Below, one piece after another: positions 26,715-33,000 of a stretch of 62,588 nt of DNA (position 1 is its first letter; each line of letters opens with the position of its first letter). Origin of the DNA: a bacterium (GTDB lineage: Bacteria > Elusimicrobiota > Elusimicrobia > UBA1565 > UBA9628); NCBI GenBank assembly GCA_021810245.1, contig JAJZJF010000004.1, positions 1 through 62,588 on the forward strand. Direction: 5' to 3'. Under the pieces are notes generated by a model, which did no database searches, was not told the origin of the DNA, and worked only from the letters and a program-made list of their open reading frames with translations. The translations under genes and the position numbers were made by a program.

Positions 26715-27269
26715 ATGCAACATAAAGAACATGGAGGAGTAAAGATGCAAAACAAAAAAAAGTTGATGGGAGTTATCTACTTTTTGACAATGTCAATGTC
26801 CCTATCGTTCCCCTCTCAGGCTGCAAATATCGGAGGCGATGCCGCTTTTGCTAAGGATATTCAAAATGACTTTAAAGCGATTAATGCAAGAGTTCTTTCC
26901 CTAAAAGAGAGTGCCCGGCATGAGGATAAAAGGGCGGTTAGCAATCAAATTCTCAATACGAAATCGCTTAAAGATACATCTGTTAAAATGGCTAATCCAC
27001 AACAAGAATCCCAGTCATTCAATATAGAAACCTATACACATCTCCCATTGTGCGTAAAAAGTAACACTGCCAATGCAGTTTCAGTAGTTTTCTCTTTGCC
27101 GCCTAACGCAGGGAATAGTTGCATCGCAAATTTTGAGCTGACAGGTGACGGGGGACTCTGTTGGCAGGTTTGTTCTGAAGACTGCAATGGGAGTGGCGCC
27201 TGTTGGTTGTCGTGTACCTATCATTGCACCACTCAGGGGGGAGAGGGGGATCCGAGAAAACATGGATAA
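26715..27269 (+). CDS. secreted cysteine-rich protein, unknown function
   Basis: Signal peptide KKLMGVIYFLTMSMSLSFPSQA. The last ~70 aa contain 9 Cys (CIANFELTGDGGLCWQVCSEDCNGSGACWLSCTYHC). Start is ambiguous: ATG 26715 lies 7 nt after TATTCT (leaderless), and ATG 26745 has a GGAGG RBS. Confidence 0.65.
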   Translation: MQHKEHGGVKMQNKKKLMGVIYFLTMSMSLSFPSQAANIGGDAAFAKDIQNDFKAINARVLSLKESARHEDKRAVSNQILNTKSLKDTSVKMANPQQESQSFNIETYTHLPLCVKSNTANAVSVVFSLPPNAGNSCIANFELTGDGGLCWQVCSEDCNGSGACWLSCTYHCTTQGGEGDPRKHG

Positions 27270-27297
27270 GTTAATCTCTTTCTAGTTAGAGTATTTT

Positions 27298-28089
27298 GTG
27301 GCAGTATCAGTGGTAGGGAAAAGGAGAGTTCTTATCCGCAAGGAATTAGCAGAACTTGCGGTGTTTTTCTTTGTTATTCTCCTCCCGGCTATATCATCGA
27401 GTTTCCACTCTCTTTTCCTTAAACAACAAGGTTTTGATTACGCGAACTTATATTCTCCGTGGGGATTTTTTAATCAAATTCAAGCGAGCATTCCTCTTGG
27501 CCTTCTTGCCGCTTTTTTATTGGTCTACGGGGATCATGATCCGTCTTATTTAGCTCTCCGTTCCAGTAAATTATCCGTCATTAGACAAATTATGGCGGGT
27601 GTAGGGCTCTGGTTTGTCTATTATCTTTTCTTCACTCTCTGGGATGTTGTCGCCGCTCTCGCTCAAATCCATGTCCCTCATATTAATTTTCATTCCGCAA
27701 CCCCTCTTCCTCAGGAGACCATGCTGAATGGCGTGTTTGCTTTAGTCAACGGCATTTCTGAAGAGGTTATGCGGGTATACCTTCTAGCCCAAATTGGGAA
27801 ACTAACGACGCGGCGTTGGGCGGTAATCCTTATAACCGCAATTTTGATTTCTTCCTATCATTCTTATCAAGGCGGGTTTACCCTGATTGCTTTTCTTGTT
27901 GCCAATATTTTTCTGAGTTCTTTCTACCTCTCTTCCCAATCTCTCTTGGCGCTTTGTGTGTGGCATATCTTGGCCGATTTTTCGCATCCGACGGCTCTTA
28001 TGGGCTGGAATGTGCTCAGTGGATTCATTGGAGGTTCTTTCATCATAGGAACTAGCTGGGTTTTTGGCCATCTGGGGATAAAGATTTAA
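27298..28089 (+). CDS. CPBP family intramembrane glutamic endopeptidase (CAAX protease/Abi-like)
   Basis: Polytopic membrane protein with the CPBP motifs EEVMRVY (EExxxR), SSYHSYQG and WHILADF (HxxxD). Confidence 0.75.
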   Translation: MAVSVVGKRRVLIRKELAELAVFFFVILLPAISSSFHSLFLKQQGFDYANLYSPWGFFNQIQASIPLGLLAAFLLVYGDHDPSYLALRSSKLSVIRQIMAGVGLWFVYYLFFTLWDVVAALAQIHVPHINFHSATPLPQETMLNGVFALVNGISEEVMRVYLLAQIGKLTTRRWAVILITAILISSYHSYQGGFTLIAFLVANIFLSSFYLSSQSLLALCVWHILADFSHPTALMGWNVLSGFIGGSFIIGTSWVFGHLGIKI

Positions 28090-28115
28090 GCCCCTCACCT
28101 TTCTGGACACTACAC

Positions 28116-28210
28116 TAGGCGCTTTCGCCGTCGCCAACAGCTTTTCCCAAGCGAAATCTCGAAATACCTCTAGGCCTTTTGCCGGAAACCTTCTAGGCCC
28201 TTTGGCCCAT
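28116..28210 (+). repeat. 95-bp intergenic repeat, copy B (3' element plus TAGG promoter module, copy 4)
   Basis: Same element as copy A. TAGG at 28171 and 28194. It is 38 nt to TACAAT (28232-28237), then 7 nt to ATG 28245. Confidence 0.85.
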
Positions 28211-28244
28211 CCATATTTTATGGGCGTGGCATACAATAAGGGTC

Positions 28245-29564
28245 ATGGCGAAAAGCAAGAACGCGGTCGCAGCGGCGTTATTTTTAGCGTTCGCCGCGTC
28301 CTCGACAATCCGAGCGCAAGAATTAAATTGGGATCGGGGCGCTGATATTGAGGCGATGACGGCGGGCTTGAGTAAAAAATTTCCTTCCGTTAAAGCGACA
28401 TTGGTGAGTGATGGGGGGGGGGATAATCCGGGAATTCCTTCTTCATCTCTAGCGGCTCCGCCCCTCTACGAATTGGAACAGGCGACATCGGGAGATGGAG
28501 GAATTTACTTTTTTAGCGTCGCGGGAAATCATCCCGTTGACAGTTCTGGAAATAATCTCGCCGTTTTTACTTATGATTTCGATGAAGCCGCGTATGAAGA
28601 AAACCAAAAATTAAATTACGCAATGGAGCACGGAGTCTCCTCTCTTGACTCATGGAGCGGGCTTGAGGACTCTCAAATACGCGAGGCTCAATCAAATTAT
28701 GAAAATTGGACCTTTGGCAGCAATGTCGCTGTTTATGTCGCCCCTGACTTATCCATGGATCATGTTGACTCGATCAGCGTTTGGATCGATCCGGGAGGGC
28801 GGATTCATAGCCTGGATACTTTGCGGCGACAACTGAAGTTCCGAGTGTGGTATGGGCGGCATCGATTGTACGAACATTCTGATTTGACGATGGGAAGACA
28901 AAACGTTTTCCATATGCAAGCTCCGGCGATTACGGAAATCATGGATCGTGACACGTTGGATATTCCGCTGATGAAGCTCGAATGGCGTTATGACGAGGTC
29001 TACCGTTCTTTCCTCGAGCATTGCGGGCAGGCTTCGGCTTCGGGGTGTTCGGGGTCGCCTTGGCCTAACGAATTCTTTAAGCATTGGGCCGAGGCTCTTG
29101 ATGCCGCTCGCGGCGCTTTAGACAATTTGGCGAATTTATTAGCCTCGGTTCCGTTCTCCAAGCCTATTTCCATCAACGCTTCCGTCGCGCCGTTAATGAG
29201 CGAGTCTTCCGGAAATCAATATGGCGGATTATCTCTTTCATTCCCAGGTTTTTCACGTAAAGAGTTGGTCGGAATGTTGAACGGGCGTTCGCCGCAAAAC
29301 GATCCAATATCGCCTTGGGGAGCTACGGATAGAAATCAGTCAAGTGTGGAAATATGGTCGCGCAATCTTCCCAATCCTCAATGCGACGAGGAGAAAACAA
29401 GTTGCTTAATCGGACTCCCTCCGGCTTCCGATGAACCTGAAAATCAAGTCGTGGAATTTATTGATCCCAGTTCCCTTTCCCAAAACTTGATTGAATCCAT
29501 TCAAGAATCAAGACATGCCGCTGATAACGCGCTTCAAAACGCCGAAGCCCTTGCCTCGCCATAA
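28245..29564 (+). CDS. hypothetical exported protein
   Basis: 439 aa. Signal peptide MAKSKNAVAAALFLAFAASSTIRAQE. No recognisable domain. Contains a G10 homopolymer at 28413-28422. Confidence 0.65.
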   Translation: MAKSKNAVAAALFLAFAASSTIRAQELNWDRGADIEAMTAGLSKKFPSVKATLVSDGGGDNPGIPSSSLAAPPLYELEQATSGDGGIYFFSVAGNHPVDSSGNNLAVFTYDFDEAAYEENQKLNYAMEHGVSSLDSWSGLEDSQIREAQSNYENWTFGSNVAVYVAPDLSMDHVDSISVWIDPGGRIHSLDTLRRQLKFRVWYGRHRLYEHSDLTMGRQNVFHMQAPAITEIMDRDTLDIPLMKLEWRYDEVYRSFLEHCGQASASGCSGSPWPNEFFKHWAEALDAARGALDNLANLLASVPFSKPISINASVAPLMSESSGNQYGGLSLSFPGFSRKELVGMLNGRSPQNDPISPWGATDRNQSSVEIWSRNLPNPQCDEEKTSCLIGLPPASDEPENQVVEFIDPSSLSQNLIESIQESRHAADNALQNAEALASP

Positions 29565-29570
29565 TAGCCC

Positions 29571-30446
29571 ATGAAAAAAATCGCGCCGATATTTTTCAGC
29601 TTTTGCATCGCGCTCGGCGCGGGAATTTTCATTTGGGCGATGCGCCATCCCCATGCGCCGGTTTTGTCGCCTGATGTTCGGAGCAAACACCCCAGCGTCT
29701 CGGCTCAAAAGGGGCCGCTCAAACTAACCCTGACTCTTTATTCCGATAAGGTTCCGAGAAATGGACCGCTCTGGTTTCGCCTGACCGTGACCAATGTCGG
29801 CAAAAAACCGTTTACGATTGACGATCCTTTGTTTGCCCCGTATTTTTTAGATGATGGGGAAAATCTCATCGATTATTTAAGCGACCCCTTCAAGAAAAAG
29901 AATTCGTTCCATTTAGTCGTCCTTGATGATAAAGGAAGGGAAGTCGCTCAAAAATACCAGACCGTTTGGGCGATGGAAATGGACCCTTGTATTGGATTTC
30001 CCGACAATTCATTTGAGAGCGAACTCCTGTCCAAGGCTCAACGCCGCAAGTCAAGAGCCCAATTTAAGGAACGGGCTATTGCGGAGAAAGATTTTAAGGC
30101 TAATTGGAAACGCCTTGTGAGTCCCGGAAGCTCCATCGAAACAATCGCCTGGTCTTATCACGGCTACTGCAAGGGCGAGCGCAAAAACCCTCCGATTCCG
30201 CCGGGGCGTTTCGCCGAATTTTACGGCTTGGACCTAAGTCGCCCCGGGCATTACCGCATCTTTGCCGGCCTCAACCACGTTCCAACGAAAAAGGAGTTGG
30301 AAGAGAAAAAAAAGGAAGATCAGGATGCGTTGGAAGTTGATAAGAAAATGGGCTGGAAATCCGATTGGTATGGAAGGAAGTCCATTCCCCGTGCGGAGGA
30401 CGCCGTTATTCAAACGCCGCCCATTGATTTCGAGGTTCTCCCATGA
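29571..30446 (+). CDS. hypothetical membrane-anchored protein
   Basis: 291 aa. N-terminal TM IAPIFFSFCIALGAGIFIWA. No recognisable domain. Confidence 0.6.
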   Translation: MKKIAPIFFSFCIALGAGIFIWAMRHPHAPVLSPDVRSKHPSVSAQKGPLKLTLTLYSDKVPRNGPLWFRLTVTNVGKKPFTIDDPLFAPYFLDDGENLIDYLSDPFKKKNSFHLVVLDDKGREVAQKYQTVWAMEMDPCIGFPDNSFESELLSKAQRRKSRAQFKERAIAEKDFKANWKRLVSPGSSIETIAWSYHGYCKGERKNPPIPPGRFAEFYGLDLSRPGHYRIFAGLNHVPTKKELEEKKKEDQDALEVDKKMGWKSDWYGRKSIPRAEDAVIQTPPIDFEVLP

Positions 30447-30949
30447 GATATTTTTTGATTTTCTATATTTCTCTCATGGGGGTTTCTCCCGCGCTTGCCC
30501 TCTCATTTCATGCGCCCAAATCAGATAAGGAGAGATATGAATTTCAACTGGCTGAAAAGTACTTGTCCAAAATCAAGGAAATAAATAACGATCTTGAGGA
30601 TAACAAAAACAAGAAGAAAAGTTTAAGCGACGCGGAAATCGAGAAAGACAAAATCCAGCGCCAGATGATTGAGGAATACACGATCAAGGCGGTGATCGCG
30701 GCTTATGGAATTAAGCCAAAACATGAAACAGGAACGCTTTATCTTGGGCAGCTCTCGGGCAGCCAGGCCGTTCGGTGGGACCCTGTTTTGAGCGAGCGGC
30801 GACAATCGTGCGCGGCATCTCCGCTCCGTTTGTCGCGGTTGGAAATTCCATCACTGTCCTATCGCCCGGGAATTCCGGCGGCTCAAATTTCCAATATCAT
30901 GCCGGGCTTGCGGACAGCCAATTGCGCGGAATCGCGAGCGGGAGCATGA
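30443..30949 (+). CDS. hypothetical exported protein, possibly frameshifted
   Basis: Signal-like N-terminus MRYFLIFYISLMGVSPALA. After about codon 110 the frame becomes Arg/Ser/Pro-rich, while the overlapping frame 30775..30969 reads more protein-like. Confidence 0.45.
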   Translation: MRYFLIFYISLMGVSPALALSFHAPKSDKERYEFQLAEKYLSKIKEINNDLEDNKNKKKSLSDAEIEKDKIQRQMIEEYTIKAVIAAYGIKPKHETGTLYLGQLSGSQAVRWDPVLSERRQSCAASPLRLSRLEIPSLSYRPGIPAAQISNIMPGLRTANCAESRAGA

Positions 30950-30966
30950 GTTTTGACGGTGGAGTG

Positions 30967-31012
30967 TAGGCGCTTTCGCCGTCGCCAACAGCTTTTCCCA
31001 AGCGAAATCTCG
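30967..31012 (+). repeat. intergenic repeat, partial copy C (3' element only)
   Basis: TAGGCGCTTTCGCCGTCGCCAACAGCTTTTCCCAAGCGAAATCTCG is identical to the first 46 nt of copy B. It lies between convergent genes. Confidence 0.85.
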
Positions 31013-31016
31013 GTCT

Positions 31017-32507
31017 TTACGGCCACGCCTGCGGCTTGATGTCTTGCCAATCGGTTTGGACCAAGACCACATTTAAAGTTGGAACTTGAAGTTGGTCGTT
31101 GTAGAAAATACCGCAGAAACTGCTCAGACAATTCGGGTCTCCCGAGGGACAGCTGGCGATGACGGATCCTCCCACCCAAACCGCGCCGTTAAAATCCATA
31201 AAATTCTTGATGATGAGATTGCCGCCGACATAGGTAAATCCCCTGATCCCTACGGTGTTGACCCAGCCGCAGGTCATCGTATTGGGGGGATGGCTTGGAA
31301 AACAAAATGAATTGGTTCCGAAAGCCCAGGTGGTAGCGCTTTGGTGGTATCCAATATCGGCGGGATATTCCCCACTGGCCGGAGTGTCATAGCGGGTTTC
31401 CGTAAATTTCTGATCCTGCTCCCAGGCGTTGGTTGGAACATGTCCGGTATAATCGTAATCGCCCCCGCTATCAATCGTTAGATTTCCACGCACGATGACT
31501 GTTCCTCTCAGGCCAGTGTCTAACCCGGCAGACGGCGCGGCCCCTTGTCCGGCAAAGGTGACGTCTCCATCCCAATACCAGACATAATCGGTATTCGGCT
31601 GATTTTGAGGCGAGAATGGATGATTCCAGGAATTTCCAAAATGACAAGAAGAACCGTAACAGGCTCCTCCAGTTCCAGAATAGTGCGGAGAGCCGGATTG
31701 ACAATGGCCGCGATTGTCCCAAGGCGCTCTTCCCGACATATTGGCCCCGGTTGTGGGATCGGTATAACGGGTACTGTCTCTACAGCCATAGACGTTGAGG
31801 GTATGGGTCGCGGCAGCGGAAGAGCGGAGAGCGGCGAAATCAAGTATGGGCAATTCTGGAACCTTGGCATAATTGGCCCACCATTCGATGCCGTCAGTAT
31901 TGGGGGGCAGAGGCCAGGTCGTGTCGCGCGGATTATTAGTGGTTCCGATAACGTCTCCTCTTGCGTATTTTTGCGGAAAATACCATTGGGCGGTGGTGTT
32001 GTCAAGCGTGATATTGCTTTGGGAAATAATAGGGCCCCAGAAAATGCTGATGCCTTTATTGTAATTGACGTTTCCCTGGGTCAAAAGCGGGCTATAGACC
32101 GTTTCATTTTGAAAAACCGCTTCGATTTCTCGCAGTTCATTATTGGAATTATCGCGTCCTTCTCCGAAAATGGTAATCCCCCCGTTGGCGGCCGAGGTAA
32201 TGAGAATTCGGTAAGTTCCGCCGGGGATATCGCTGTAGGTTTTGTCGAATTGATATCCTGGAAACGCGATTCCGGAAGACATCTCCGCGAAAGTTCCAGT
32301 TGAGCTTTTAGCCTTCCAATAGCCGCGATTGACGGCCGCTTCGGCGAGATTTAAAGCCGTGGTTGATTTCTGGTTTTTAACCGAGGTCCGCGCTTCCGTC
32401 TGAACCCATTGGACCACCGCCGGCACAATCGCCAAGAGGAGAAGCATTAAAAGGAGAGCCCCAACCAAGACCTGGCCGCGCTTTTGTGCCCAAAGGTTTT
32501 TTCTCAT
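31017..32507 (-). CDS. PilX-like large pseudopilin (paralogue of 24514..25779)
   Basis: 496 aa. N-terminal helix VLVGALLLMLLLLAIV. PilX_N-like STTALNLAEAAVNRGYWK. Shares ...REIEAVF / REIQSLY and the C-terminal layout with the cassette 1 protein. Confidence 0.7.
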   Translation of the reverse strand: MRKNLWAQKRGQVLVGALLLMLLLLAIVPAVVQWVQTEARTSVKNQKSTTALNLAEAAVNRGYWKAKSSTGTFAEMSSGIAFPGYQFDKTYSDIPGGTYRILITSAANGGITIFGEGRDNSNNELREIEAVFQNETVYSPLLTQGNVNYNKGISIFWGPIISQSNITLDNTTAQWYFPQKYARGDVIGTTNNPRDTTWPLPPNTDGIEWWANYAKVPELPILDFAALRSSAAATHTLNVYGCRDSTRYTDPTTGANMSGRAPWDNRGHCQSGSPHYSGTGGACYGSSCHFGNSWNHPFSPQNQPNTDYVWYWDGDVTFAGQGAAPSAGLDTGLRGTVIVRGNLTIDSGGDYDYTGHVPTNAWEQDQKFTETRYDTPASGEYPADIGYHQSATTWAFGTNSFCFPSHPPNTMTCGWVNTVGIRGFTYVGGNLIIKNFMDFNGAVWVGGSVIASCPSGDPNCLSSFCGIFYNDQLQVPTLNVVLVQTDWQDIKPQAWP

Positions 32508-32508
32508 G

Positions 32509-33000
32509 TTAATTCATGACCTCGACTTCTTCAGACGCCATATGAAGGGCTTTGCTCCCTCCTTGGTAAATTCCGGATTGAAAGGTGACCGACACGGAAA
32601 TAATATTCATATCATCGGATCGCGGGAAAGTGAACGCGAGATAGATGAGGTCTTTGGATAAGACCTTGGTCATATTGCCCGACTGCATCTCAAGAAGATT
32701 ACCATTTTGGAAAAAGCTCATGGTCGTTCCCTGGGAGGTGGTAAAACTGATCTGGGAATAATAAGGTTGGCTTGAGGAATAGCGGCTAAGCGTAATTGTC
32801 GAACTCTGCGCTTGCCTTAGATTGCGGGTAATCACGTAGAGAATACTCCGGCCTTCTTCTTGGAGTTGAACCTTCGCGTTAGACAACATAAAGTAGCGAT
32901 TGGCTTCTATGGTGATCCCAGCTCCGACAGAAATCAGGGTTCCGACAATGGCAAGCGTGATCATCGCTTCAAGCAGGCTAAATCCGTTTTTTTTCACCAT
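32509..33000 (-). CDS. pseudopilin / minor pilin (paralogue of 24008..24514)
   Basis: 163 aa. Classical prepilin motif KNG-FSLLEAMITLAIVGTLI. Ends ...EEVEVMN versus ...EEVRVMN in the paralogue. Confidence 0.85.
   Translation of the reverse strand: MVKKNGFSLLEAMITLAIVGTLISVGAGITIEANRYFMLSNAKVQLQEEGRSILYVITRNLRQAQSSTITLSRYSSSQPYYSQISFTTSQGTTMSFFQNGNLLEMQSGNMTKVLSKDLIYLAFTFPRSDDMNIISVSVTFQSGIYQGGSKALHMASEEVEVMN

Noticed and set aside
26586-28210. The intergenic repeats might be integron attC sites separating gene cassettes.
   Set aside because: There are no RYYYAAC / GTTRRRY core sites and no extended imperfect palindrome in the element. No intI-like integrase is in the window.
28221-28240. 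A sigma54-type promoter, suggested by TGGCATACAAT upstream of the 28245 gene (and TGGTATCAT at 8438).
   Set aside because: No TTGC element follows at the required spacing after the GG. The TACAAT/TATCAT hexamers fit a -10 box better.
31545-32303. Large antisense and shadow ORFs in the six-frame track. Examples: 31545..32303 (252 aa), 6384..6830, 20127..20756, 40507..40968, 42323..42796, 906..1253, 23598..23981.
   Set aside because: Each lies entirely inside, and opposite or out of frame to, a gene with strong family motifs. Their translations are Arg/Ser/Pro/Gly-rich low-complexity sequence with no start context.
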